The notes beneath the pieces are model-generated. The model was not told the origin of the DNA, did no database searches, and saw only the letters and a program-made list of their open reading frames with translations. From positions 1-64,000 of the IMG/VR virus record IMGVR_UViG_3300002231_000542: DNA of 64,000 bases; one strand, given 5' to 3'. Each line of letters opens with the position of its first letter. Positions within the stretch are counted from its first letter, which is position 1. Origin of the DNA: an uncultured virus (IMG/VR IMGVR_UViG_3300002231_000542). Taxonomy: Duplodnaviria; Heunggongvirae; Uroviricota; Caudoviricetes. Position numbers and translations under genes: made by a program. Positions 39,968-50,110 of this stretch are shown here, piece after piece.

Positions 39968-41066
39968 CTATTGCGCGATTTGATATGTTGTCCCTTTAGT
40001 GTTAAAATCTATTGTATATAAAGCTCCTACAGAGCCTTTTACAAAGGCTCCTAAGTTTACTTGCTTCTTCGATACTCTTCTAACTAGATTGTGAGTATGT
40101 CCAGAAATTAAATATGGATTATGTAACCCTAGTAGTTTACTATACTTATTTAATCTATTTTTATCTACATAAGTATCATCTCGTTTAGCTGACTTCTTAC
40201 TAGCCTTTTTAATCTGCTTTATTATGTACTTAACAATTTGCTTTTTCAAGATATATGTAAACCAATTTGTTTCTACTCTTTTGCTGATATAATTGAGGGC
40301 TCTCTTAACAACTGGCATGTATACTTTAACTCTGTTGGAGTTGAAAGCTTCTTGAAATTCTCTAATTAGTTTAGTAGCATCTCCTGAATCGTGGAGCGCA
40401 GTAGATGTGGCTGACAACATGATGTGCATAAACTCATAAAATTTCTCAATGTTGAAGTTTTCTTCGTAACCTAATATCTCCTTTAAAGCCCAAGCTGACT
40501 CACCCCATTCATATAATTCATGACTATGTATGGCTAGGTAATACTCATCTATAACTAAGTGAGTACAAACTATCCACGGAACTGAGGGGGTATACTGGTC
40601 GCTCAAGAACTTAATATTATAGTTAGGGTTATCAGTACCATCTACAGTAATAACACCTTTATCTATTCTACATAATATAGCGTGTCTAGTGTCTCTAGGC
40701 GGTGTATTCTTGATACCTAAATCTTGACGTACCATCTCATTAATAGTAGCGTCATGATTACCAGTAACATAAATAATCTGCTTAACAGAAGTTTCTTTTT
40801 CTAATCGCTCAAAGAAATTCTTAGCTGTACCGTAAGCTTTAACGTAGTTACCTACACTAAAATCAAAATATATCACCGAGTAAGACTAAAATCTCTATAT
40901 TACTTTCCTTAATCAGATCTATTAAGATAGATTCTAACGAAGGTTTTATAGTGAACGTAGTCCTATCTAGGAAATCAGTTTTTCGTTCACCCATATACTG
41001 GAGAGTACTATCAGCACTCCAGTGCATATCAGATATAAATCCTACTTTGTTATACACTTTAATCAA
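39968..41066 (-). CDS. Calcineurin-like metallophosphoesterase, split near 40865
   Basis: SDMH and LGDIF in the 67-aa ORF; GNHD, IHSH and SGHTH in the 302-aa ORF. Confidence 0.78.
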
Positions 41067-41289
41067 TTAGACTATCCTTATACTCATTTTTTTCTAACTC
41101 TCTTATCTCAAACTCACCAACCGTAAATGCTAAGGCATCCTCGGTAGTGGTCATTAAACAATCTGTAATAGTGAATCTGTACCCTAATTGGTCTTGTGCT
41201 AGGACATTTATAGGAAGTCCACCACTACCAAGAGCCATTATCTTCACATTAGTTAGGTGTACATTACTTTCTTCAAATTTAATCATCAC
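41059..41289 (-). CDS. Hypothetical protein
   Basis: 76-aa ORF in the operon. Confidence 0.5.
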   Translation of the reverse strand: MMIKFEESNVHLTNVKIMALGSGGLPINVLAQDQLGYRFTITDCLMTTTEDALAFTVGEFEIRELEKNEYKDSLID

Positions 41290-41490
41290 TTCTCCATCTA
41301 GGTACTATATCCTCGCATCTCTTAAGTAATTTGCACTTTCCACAATGACTTAAGTACTTATTTCTTGTATGTCCTCGCTTTTTCTCTAGTAGAAACACTA
41401 TTTTTTAATTATAACTTTTAGAAATGCGTTCGGAACACTACTTGCAAGTCTTACTACATACTCGATAAACTCCAAAGTACTAACAATCAC

Positions 41491-42480
41491 TTACTCTCCA
41501 TTAAACCTACGGATGAATCTATCTTTAGCTGCATTATCATTTGAAGTATACCTAATATATTCTTCAAAAGTATGGTATTTAAAGTTGGATGGGTAATTAC
41601 CCCAACTTTTTATTTTACTATAAAAAGAATGTCCCAACAAATTCTCATTTAACATTAAATAAGGTAAAACCTTATTCTCTCTACACCACTCTAGCCTAGG
41701 CTTTACTTCAGTAATAAAGTCCATGTCTTTACTACAATAAATATAAACTTTCAAATGCCAGTCTTTAGGTATGTATTTCTTTACTACTGCTATCTTCTCA
41801 GTTACTATCCTTTGTAATTTAATATCGTCAAAAGCGAATAGATATTCTGATGGGTAATACCTTAACTTAGATAGTGCTTCTGCATTTTCATCAGTAATCA
41901 ATCGTAAGTCTAGTCCTTCATTAAAAGAACATCTAATCTTTGCGTCCGTTAAGTATCTAAAAACATTCATATGTTTATCGTAAGCTAAGATATTGTTGTC
42001 TAAAAATCTTATCTTTTTATGACCTTCCACAATCATCTGACCTACTAAATCTTCTACTGGTCTATACTCATGCAACATTCCTTCTTTTATGGGTACGAAA
42101 CAAAACTTGCACTTACGAATACATCCCCTAGTTATAAATCCAATCGATGTATCTATTTCATCATCCTCATACAGAGAGTAATCAGGTTGACACCTCTCTA
42201 CTTCAGGTGCAAGTTTTGCTAGTAGGTCATACCCTGTTCCACCGTAAACTATGTCCTTACATCCCTTAACTCGAAGATTACTCTTGTTCTTAGCAAAGAT
42301 ACAAGATACAAATACTTTTGAGTATCCTTTAGCCCAATAAGTATTTGTAATCTTCTTTGAGTTAAATTTGATTCCCAACTTATATAAATCTACCTGATAA
42401 CCAGCTTCCTTATAAAACTTAGAAAGTTTCATAAGTGCATAGTTAGGTATTGTTGAGTCAACATCTATTAATAAAATCTT
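41491..42480 (-). CDS. Radical SAM protein (start approximate)
   Basis: TRGCIRKCKFC (CxxxCxxC), GGTG, LDNN, GLDLRL; the upstream in-frame sequence reads ILLIDVDSTIPNYALMKLS. Confidence 0.85.
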   Translation of the reverse strand, partial: KILLIDVDSTIPNYALMKLSKFYKEAGYQVDLYKLGIKFNSKKITNTYWAKGYSKVFVSCIFAKNKSNLRVKGCKDIVYGGTGYDLLAKLAPEVERCQPDYSLYEDDEIDTSIGFITRGCIRKCKFCFVPIKEGMLHEYRPVEDLVGQMIVEGHKKIRFLDNNILAYDKHMNVFRYLTDAKIRCSFNEGLDLRLITDENAEALSKLRYYPSEYLFAFDDIKLQRIVTEKIAVVKKYIPKDWHLKVYIYCSKDMDFITEVKPRLEWCRENKVLPYLMLNENLLGHSFYSKIKSWGNYPSNFKYHTFEEYIRYTSNDNAAKDRFIRRFNGE

Positions 42481-42716
42481 TTCTATCTTACTAAATCCTC
42501 GGCTATATCTCTAAAATTTTCAAACGCCATTAACAAATGGTCTGCTTCTCTATCTGATAAACTACATGTGTTGATAGCTTCCTCCAAATTCAATTCAGTC
42601 TCTACTAACCCTGACCAGAGGATACTCTGTATACATGAACACTGAGAGTTACCTACATCTTCACCGCAAAAATCACATTGCATTACTTCAAAACTCCTTA
42701 ACTACCTTATTTTGTT

Positions 42717-42790
42717 ATACTAACATAACTATTAAAATTTGTCAATAGCCATTTTTAAATTTTTTTTTAATTTTAAAAATGGCTATTGAC
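42717..42790 (-). promoter_or_regulatory. Promoter TTGACA-17-TAGTAT whose -35 box lies in a long inverted repeat
   Basis: GTCAATAGCCATTTTTAAA...TTTAAAAATGGCTATTGAC. Confidence 0.7.
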
Positions 42791-42952
42791 TCACATCTTC
42801 AGTAATCTAGCAAGGATGAACTGAAGACGATCCTACTACTTTAGGCTTCATGTACTTTTTCATAATATTTACCTCCTTTTATTTACCTTATTCATCTCGT
42901 ATTTCAACTCTAATATTTGTAATACTAACTATACCAAACTTCAAGACCCATG

Positions 42953-44490
42953 TCAACTATTTTCTTTTCGTAATCCTTCGATTATAGATTTAAAAGCCTC
43001 CTTGCCGTCTTTTAAAATCTCTAAAACTCTCTCATCTATTGTGTTACGTGCTATAAGGTCGTAAAAGTACACTCTTTTACTTTGTCCGCTTCTATGGCAT
43101 CTTTTCTCAGCCTGTTTACGGTTGAGAGAACTGACAGTACTTTCATAAAAAATGACATAATTAGCGCACTGTAAATTTAGGGATGTACTTCCAGATTGTG
43201 TATTGACTACAAATACCTTAGCTTTCTTATCAGTAGTAAATTTCTTTACTACTGTAGTCTTGTTTTTTGTCTTACCATAAAGTCTATAATGCTTTATTTT
43301 GGCATCTTTTAGTGCATCGCATATAATGTCACCAGTATCAGTATATTCGTTAAAAACTACCACCTTTGAGCCATCTGGAGTCTCGTTTATAAGCTCAAGC
43401 ATAGCATCTATTTTAGGGTTATCAGGAAATCTGTTTATGTAAACATCTTCATCTTTAGCTTTTAAGCTTCATGAATCCAGCAGTTATCTGTCTCATTTTA
43501 ACTAAAGATATTCTTTACTTCTGAGTATTCCTTGCCAAGTGACTCTATAAAAAGTGTATTCGTCTTATTATACATCTGTTCTGCTAGAGGCGATAACTCT
43601 ACATGAACATCTGTGTAAACCTTATCTGGTAAATCATCTAACTCATCCTCGGTGTACCTTATTGAACGGTGTTTTATGCGCTCATTTATGAGCTTTTTAC
43701 TCTTCTCTGCTACAACGTACTCATACCCACCAAAGTAGTTCTTTTTCTTTTTAAAGTATCCTTCTCTGTAAATACCAAGTGTTTCTCCTAACGTATCACC
43801 TCTATCAATCAAGTAAAACTGTGACCACAAATCTATAGGATTTTTGTTCATCGGTGTTCCAGTGAGACCATACCTGAACTTAGCGTCTCTAGTAAGAGCT
43901 TTCAAAACCTTAAAAGTGAGTGTATTCGCATTCTTACATACATGTATCTCATCTAAAATGAAGCAGTTGAATCTGTTAGCTAAGCTAGCGACTTCTCTAG
44001 GGTCTACAACTTTCTTTCCTCGCTTACCTTTTGTAGAGCATAGAGAAACTACTCCGGCATAGTTAATCACATAAACATCTGAATTCGTAGAGAATAGAGT
44101 GTTTATCCTATCTTTCCTAGTACCAATAAGAGGTTCACAAGTCATATCTGAGTGTGTTCTAACTTGGTCGGTAAATGAAGCTATAGCGACCAAGTTAGGG
44201 ACTAAGATCAAGGTTTTCTTTATCTCAGTCCTTTGAGTCCTTATAAGGTCAGTAGCTATTTTTGATTTACCAGCTCCCATATCTAGTAGGAATAGGAAAT
44301 TTCTGTTAATAACCCCAAGTAGGGTAGATACTAGCTGGCAGTGATATGGGTCTGTCTTAGGAGTGTACAATCCGTCAGAATGGTACTCCAGTTCTTCTCT
44401 TAATGTTTTTGGGGAGGTTTTCTTCAACCAATCCCAGTTGTCTGTTTTCTGCTCTAAGTAGTTTTTTATACCAGTTTTTGATAATGCCAT
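42953..44490 (-). CDS. SNF2-family helicase, split near 43465-43500
   Basis: DMGAGKS, INY, LDEIH, LTGTP, DLWSQ; helicase-C part SLNLQ, QAEKRCHRSGQ. Confidence 0.88.
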
Positions 44491-44496
44491 AACGCT

Positions 44497-45119
44497 ATAC
44501 TACCATATTGGTTTTAAAAGTCAATAGTCACTTTTAATTTTTTACAAAAAATACTATAAAAATTTTAAAAAGAAATCTTGTTATGATTCCTCGTGCTTGT
44601 ACACCCCCCTTAGGGGGGGTTATACTACACACTCGTCATCTTATCTATTAGCAAAGAAAAAGAAAAAAGAAAAAAGAAAACAAAAAAGAAAAAGTTTTCA
44701 AAAGTCTAACCTTCTTACCCCAATAGCATAGCTTTGCCGAGCGTCCCCTGTAGGGGGAGCAGGCGCTCGGCAATCAGCTTAGCTACAGGTAGGTAGGTAA
44801 AACAAAAAATGAAAATGAAAAACATGAAATAACCTTCTTACGAAAAAGGTCGCTCGACCAAAATCTGAGAAGTAACAGAAATCCTGCCCGATTTTAAAAT
44901 AAATGAAAATAAAACAAACATGCCCTGAGGCTTACGAGGATGCCCGTATGGGCACGATCGTCCTCACCCATGCCAACGTACCTTTTTTGATTTAACATTA
45001 AAATTTGCCGTACTGACGTGCCTGTAATGGCATGTTAATTTTGTCGGCGCAAACAAAAACGCCCAAACTACATATTTTTATAATTTGGGCGTTATTTTTA
45101 CTAATTATGTACTTAGATT
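44497..45119. other. ~620-bp non-coding region, candidate replication origin or regulatory hub
   Basis: No ORF. Contains a promoter at 44497-44524, a purine run of (A)nG units and several GC-rich inverted repeats; it lies between two helicase genes. Confidence 0.4.
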
Positions 45120-46493
45120 TTATTTGAGAAAATCATTTAAATAACTCTCATTAAATCGAGTGCTTTGTAAACAGAATTGACCGGTCGCATAATTTTGTGT
45201 AATTAAGATTTTCCAACCAGCTGTCTCATCTCTATTTTTCTTTACCTGAATTCTAGCTAACCCGAGTTCCTGTTCTCTCTCAGTCATATTCAAAGTAGCG
45301 AATATATCGGAGTCTTTATAAATATCTTTAGTCTCAGCAGAATCCTTCTCACGTAACCACTTTACATTTTCTAAATCACCATTAACCTGAGAAACAACTA
45401 CCATGGCGGCATCATATTCAGCTCCTATTCCTCGGAGTTGTTTATATGTTTGCGAAAGTGAGATACGTGTGTCTCTGGTGTCTAATTTCATAATTCCTGG
45501 ATAATCAATCATAATAATCTCAGGAACGAAATTCTCAAAGTTACGTAGATTCTCTAGGTACGCTCTCAATTGTGTAACTGTTAAATAAGATGTAGGGAAG
45601 CCCTTCACAACTAAATGATTACCTTTAAGTTTCTCTAAGTTCTTTTTGAGTTTTCGTTGAGCTCCTGCAGAATCAAAGCTGAAATCTGGGGTAACTTCTA
45701 CCTGTTCAAAACCTACGTAACCACCCCCATCTTCAAAAATTTGAGTTTTAACTAACTTCTCACCTTTATGTTTGTTGACAGCAAAGAAGGCTTGCATATA
45801 CCTACCAGTTACCTGCTTCTCTGACATCTCTAAAGAAACATGAAGAACATTTTTATGTAGTAACTGTGCATGTTTCCCTATTTGTGTTAAGAACCAAGAC
45901 TTACCTGTACCACTTCTAGCTAGTAGTGAGAATAACTTACCTTTAGCTGGACAAGCTCTAACTTCATCTAAAGCTTTTATACCAGTTGGAATGAGTTCTA
46001 CTGGTTCAGTAAAATAGGATAACATTTTATCAATATCACCTATACGGGTTCCTTCATCAAATAAAGTTAATGTAGAACTATCTGTACCACGTAAAGCTAG
46101 TTCTGCCTCTTCAACTTTATCTTCCTTAACAAATTCAACCGCGTCATAAGCAGCTTTAATAATCTGCTTCTTCTTAATAAAATTGTTAAGCTTAGATAAT
46201 ACATAAGCCCTATTAACTTCTGTCTTATTTTGGTGTAAATCATAGATAACTTCTTTATAAAGAGCTACATGATTTTTATCTTCATTATTGAGATGATGAT
46301 CTATTATATCAGCTAGATGCTCACCTACTGGTTCTTTGTATTCCACAAAATAATCAAATGAAGCTTTCAGTATCTCTCGATAATGAGACATACTGAAAAG
46401 ATTGGTATCTAAGTTAGCTATTAGTAACGGGACGGCTTTCTTATCGTATACAGCTAATGTCAAGATATTTTGTTGTAATGGTAAATCTATCAA
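45120..46493 (-). CDS. dnaB: Replicative DnaB-like helicase
   Basis: IPTGIKALD, ARSGTGKS, SLEMS, IDYP, VSQ, KKNR. Confidence 0.88.
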   Translation of the reverse strand: MIDLPLQQNILTLAVYDKKAVPLLIANLDTNLFSMSHYREILKASFDYFVEYKEPVGEHLADIIDHHLNNEDKNHVALYKEVIYDLHQNKTEVNRAYVLSKLNNFIKKKQIIKAAYDAVEFVKEDKVEEAELALRGTDSSTLTLFDEGTRIGDIDKMLSYFTEPVELIPTGIKALDEVRACPAKGKLFSLLARSGTGKSWFLTQIGKHAQLLHKNVLHVSLEMSEKQVTGRYMQAFFAVNKHKGEKLVKTQIFEDGGGYVGFEQVEVTPDFSFDSAGAQRKLKKNLEKLKGNHLVVKGFPTSYLTVTQLRAYLENLRNFENFVPEIIMIDYPGIMKLDTRDTRISLSQTYKQLRGIGAEYDAAMVVVSQVNGDLENVKWLREKDSAETKDIYKDSDIFATLNMTEREQELGLARIQVKKNRDETAGWKILITQNYATGQFCLQSTRFNESYLNDFLK

Positions 46494-46504
46494 ATTATAT
46501 CCTC

Positions 46505-46999
46505 CTATGGATTCAAACTACGTTGGTCAAATATACTACCAGTCAAGCCTGCTTTCATATATCCAGGAAAGGACTTCTCTAATACCGCTGGGAATTGGTC
46601 ATATATCCCCAATAAGACATTCAATGTCATAGGGAGTGGACTATTCTCTATATGCTTTATAAGTAACTCAGCATACAATTTATATATTTGCGTTTGTGTT
46701 CGTGTGTTAACTATATGTATTTTTTCTAAATATTTATCTAAGAAGTTACTGACTTCAGTAAGCTTCTTCCCGTACTTCTTCCGTACTAAATGAAAAGGTA
46801 TGAAATCTTGACCCAGATGTGTGGATAAAGTAGCAGTTAAAGTTTCATAAAATAGTTTAGAACTATCAGCAACTATGCTGATTTCTTCAGTAAGAAGGAA
46901 CTCTACACTAGCTGTAAGTTTCTTTAATTCTTTTTGATTTAACTTATGTAGGTTATTGACTACAATCTCATAGGGCGTTTTACGCTTAAATTTTTTCAT
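46505..46999 (-). CDS. Hypothetical protein upstream of dnaB
   Basis: Likely start ATG 46999 (MKKFKRK), immediately after promoter TTGACT-17-TACTTT. Confidence 0.6.
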   Translation of the reverse strand: MKKFKRKTPYEIVVNNLHKLNQKELKKLTASVEFLLTEEISIVADSSKLFYETLTATLSTHLGQDFIPFHLVRKKYGKKLTEVSNFLDKYLEKIHIVNTRTQTQIYKLYAELLIKHIENSPLPMTLNVLLGIYDQFPAVLEKSFPGYMKAGLTGSIFDQRSLNP

Positions 47000-47156
47000 G
47001 GTAGCAAAGTAACATACAAAAAAATGCAAGTCAATAGTCACTTTTATTTTTTTTAATTTTAACAGGGCAAAGTAGGAGGAAAGAAATACTGACTGAATAG
47101 ATTCCATCAGTGAGAACATCGGTGGATGTTTGGAAGTACTTCGCCCTGTAACTGTA

Positions 47157-48212
47157 TTAGGAAGTTATGAGGGTAGCTAAATCTACATTTGTGGCTGCTG
47201 GTACTGTTACTTCGTGATTGAAACCAAGAAGTTCATTATAAATATTTATAACAGAACCTTGAACAGCGTCAAAGTAATAGCTATCTGGAGTAGTAGCTGT
47301 ATCTAGCGTGAATACATCTTCAGTATTAGTTATATAGTGAGTATCACCAAGTAGATTTATCTCACCCGCTGTACCAACTTCTATAACTAGACTGGCTACA
47401 TCTGTATTATCCAAGTTAATAGGGTAACACCTAACTCTACATAAATCTGGAGAGGCGGGTGATGACACTGTGTCAGCGGTTCCAGTTACGTTTTTAGTTC
47501 CAGTAGCTGAAACTGTTATAGCTGTATTAGCAAACGTATACCCAGCCTTAGAAGCTCTTACCGTGTATGAACCAGCATCTAAACTGTAGACTCCTGTATT
47601 ACCTGAAGCATCTGTAGCTGTAGTTAAGTAGTAAGGTGTATCATCATTAGCTGCGTTATGTATAGAAACAGTTACTGCTTGCACGTTTACAGAGGCTGCT
47701 TTAACGTTTATAGTTATATTATACAGACCTGAACCTCCAGCCGCAGGTTCCCAAGAACCAGAACCGTGTACCGTATTATCCTCAGTAGCTGTAGCTATTA
47801 CATCTGTTCTAGCTTGAATAGCATCAACTACTGTATCTATAGTTGTAAGCGTTGCTGGTATCGTAGTTCCAGTATCTACTAGAACTGAATCTACATTAGT
47901 ATCTATAGTATCTATTTTAGTCTCAACATCAGTAAGTTCAGTTGTTACTACTTCATAGATTTCAGTAACTACGTAAACTATAGAATCAATAGTGGCTCTA
48001 TAAACTACTTTATAGATACCATTACCAGTTCCACCAGCTATGGTGTACGTACCATACCAGTATAGTCCGCTTCCTGATGTCATAGGAGCTGCTACCACAG
48101 TAATAGTTCCATCAACATCCTGAATTTCAAATGTAGGTGTGCCTGTTGGAGTTAGATTTAATTCTAACTGCAAAGGGACTTTATCACCTATTTTATATTT
48201 TGTAGCACCCAT
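47157..48212 (-). CDS. Virion protein with Ig-like/carboxypeptidase-regulatory-like domains
   Basis: Thr-rich beta sequence; TDASG...LDAGSYTVRASKAGYTF. Confidence 0.65.
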   Translation of the reverse strand: MGATKYKIGDKVPLQLELNLTPTGTPTFEIQDVDGTITVVAAPMTSGSGLYWYGTYTIAGGTGNGIYKVVYRATIDSIVYVVTEIYEVVTTELTDVETKIDTIDTNVDSVLVDTGTTIPATLTTIDTVVDAIQARTDVIATATEDNTVHGSGSWEPAAGGSGLYNITINVKAASVNVQAVTVSIHNAANDDTPYYLTTATDASGNTGVYSLDAGSYTVRASKAGYTFANTAITVSATGTKNVTGTADTVSSPASPDLCRVRCYPINLDNTDVASLVIEVGTAGEINLLGDTHYITNTEDVFTLDTATTPDSYYFDAVQGSVINIYNELLGFNHEVTVPAATNVDLATLITS

Positions 48213-48380
48213 TATTCTTCTCCTTTATCTGGTACTTTTAGTTCTAAATTTTGTAAGTATTGAAAAGGAAGTGTATCCTCATCTTCAACAACTGATATAT
48301 TATCTAAAGACATAAAANTAAAAATCCCCAGCTTGTAGAAATACTCCTACATATGCACCTATGTACGCCATAATATACTC

Positions 48381-49670
48381 CTACGATATGGTTACGAAGC
48401 TTGATTCTCCGCCACCGCCTGCACCTGCTTCTTGTATAAGTGCACCTTGAGGTTGGAATGTCTCCATGCCACCCTGAAACGTGCCTATAGGTAATCCGTT
48501 ATTGCCCAAAGTATTAGTGAAATCACCACCCGCCGCATCGGTATATCCAGGGTCATTAGCGGTTGCGTGGTCTCCCTTGGTTGCGTTTGATGTGTCTGCG
48601 GTGTTACTATACCAATTATTATAATTTATAAAATTAGTTTCCCAATCTGTGTTTGCAGACAACCCTGTCCCGTTTGAGCTTATCTCATTGTTGATAACTT
48701 CACAATCAGTATGAGCCGCTAACTTAATTCCAGTTGTATTATTATATACAATGTTGCCTTTGATGAAAGGATAATCTGAATTAGTACAATCTATACCCGT
48801 TGTATTGGTGTCGATAATATTATTAGTTATACAGTTATTACCTGTAGAATAGTTAAATGAGATGCCTGTTGTATTATCATGTATATAACATGAATCTACC
48901 TGCCCCCACGCCGTGAAAATTCCTACTGTTGCACCTGAAACCTCGCAGTCTATGAACCGAACTTTTGAAAAGATACCATATAACCCGTAAGTAGTACCGC
49001 TCGAACCCGTAGCCTTAATATTCTCAAATATCCCTGCTGTATCAGCCCTTGACACGTAAGACCCACTGATTGTGGTTAGTCTTAGGTTCTTTAGATGCCA
49101 GTAATTGTCAAACAAAAAGTTCCACGAACCGATAGCTATGAGCGGTCTATTATCGTCACGTGGATTATCACCTCTAGTGGTGTTATAGCCTATTATCTTA
49201 TTCATATTAGTTGAGGTTCCGTCTTTGCTTACATTGACCCAGTTAGTAAGAGTATATGTTCCTTTCTTAATCCACAGCTTAGACCCTGCTGTGAACAACT
49301 CAAGCATAGCGTCTGTTGGTAGTGCGACTGCCCCGCCAACTTTACCAGAGCCACCAGTTTTTGATGACCCCGCTGACCTGTCAATCGTTATGTTATTAGT
49401 GTCTGTATAGGCTGTTATCTCATACCACGATGCCGTAAAACCACCCGTCGATTCGATCCTTATACCGTTACCTACCATCGCAGAAGTAAAGCCGCCTGTT
49501 AACGAACTTATCCCTGTGCCAGCTACATCACTAGCTAAATCAGTTAGCGATAGTTGCGCTGTATCCTGTTGCGAATAGTCGGTTGTNCCTGCATCTGATT
49601 TATAAAAACCACCATTAGTATTATCGCCTGCCGTTCTACACTCCCATACAGAAGTAGCTGATAATGCCAT
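48381..49670 (-). CDS. Right-handed beta-helix (pectin-lyase-like) tailspike-type protein
   Basis: WIKKGTY followed by repeated NNII..NTTGI units and a DPGY.D...GDF end. Confidence 0.72.
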   Translation of the reverse strand: MALSATSVWECRTAGDNTNGGFYKSDAXTTDYSQQDTAQLSLTDLASDVAGTGISSLTGGFTSAMVGNGIRIESTGGFTASWYEITAYTDTNNITIDRSAGSSKTGGSGKVGGAVALPTDAMLELFTAGSKLWIKKGTYTLTNWVNVSKDGTSTNMNKIIGYNTTRGDNPRDDNRPLIAIGSWNFLFDNYWHLKNLRLTTISGSYVSRADTAGIFENIKATGSSGTTYGLYGIFSKVRFIDCEVSGATVGIFTAWGQVDSCYIHDNTTGISFNYSTGNNCITNNIIDTNTTGIDCTNSDYPFIKGNIVYNNTTGIKLAAHTDCEVINNEISSNGTGLSANTDWETNFINYNNWYSNTADTSNATKGDHATANDPGYTDAAGGDFTNTLGNNGLPIGTFQGGMETFQPQGALIQEAGAGGGGESSFVTIS

Positions 49671-49671
49671 T

Positions 49672-50109
49672 TTACACCTCGTTCTTTATTACGTTTATTC
49701 TATCATACTTATCTTTAGCTGCTAGCTTTTCTATAGTGATAGTTCTAGTCTCTGCTAATTCACTTTTAGGTATGTCAGCAGGATTAGTGCTAATACCATT
49801 CTTGATAAACTCCGCTTGATTTACAGGGTATCGAGGTTTATTATTCTTATCTACAACCCAACACTCTTTGTCTTTTTGCTGTTGTATCCTTCTTACTGTT
49901 GAGTTTATACCCTTCACTGAACCGATTGTACAGTTCTTCGGTATCATACAATTATCAAGATTACATCTCAAGAATGTAATAGCTAAATTAGTAGGAAATA
50001 CCACCGTATCAGGTTTTACTTGTGCAAAGCACGATCCTTCTATTACATCGTCAAAAGTATCATTTACTAGTGACCTCGTTGAATAATCCTCAAAACTTGT
50101 TATTTGCAT
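49672..50109 (-). CDS. Hypothetical tail-associated protein
   Basis: 145 aa, between the fibre and spike genes. Confidence 0.55.
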   Translation of the reverse strand: MQITSFEDYSTRSLVNDTFDDVIEGSCFAQVKPDTVVFPTNLAITFLRCNLDNCMIPKNCTIGSVKGINSTVRRIQQQKDKECWVVDKNNKPRYPVNQAEFIKNGISTNPADIPKSELAETRTITIEKLAAKDKYDRINVIKNEV

Positions 50110-50110
50110 T

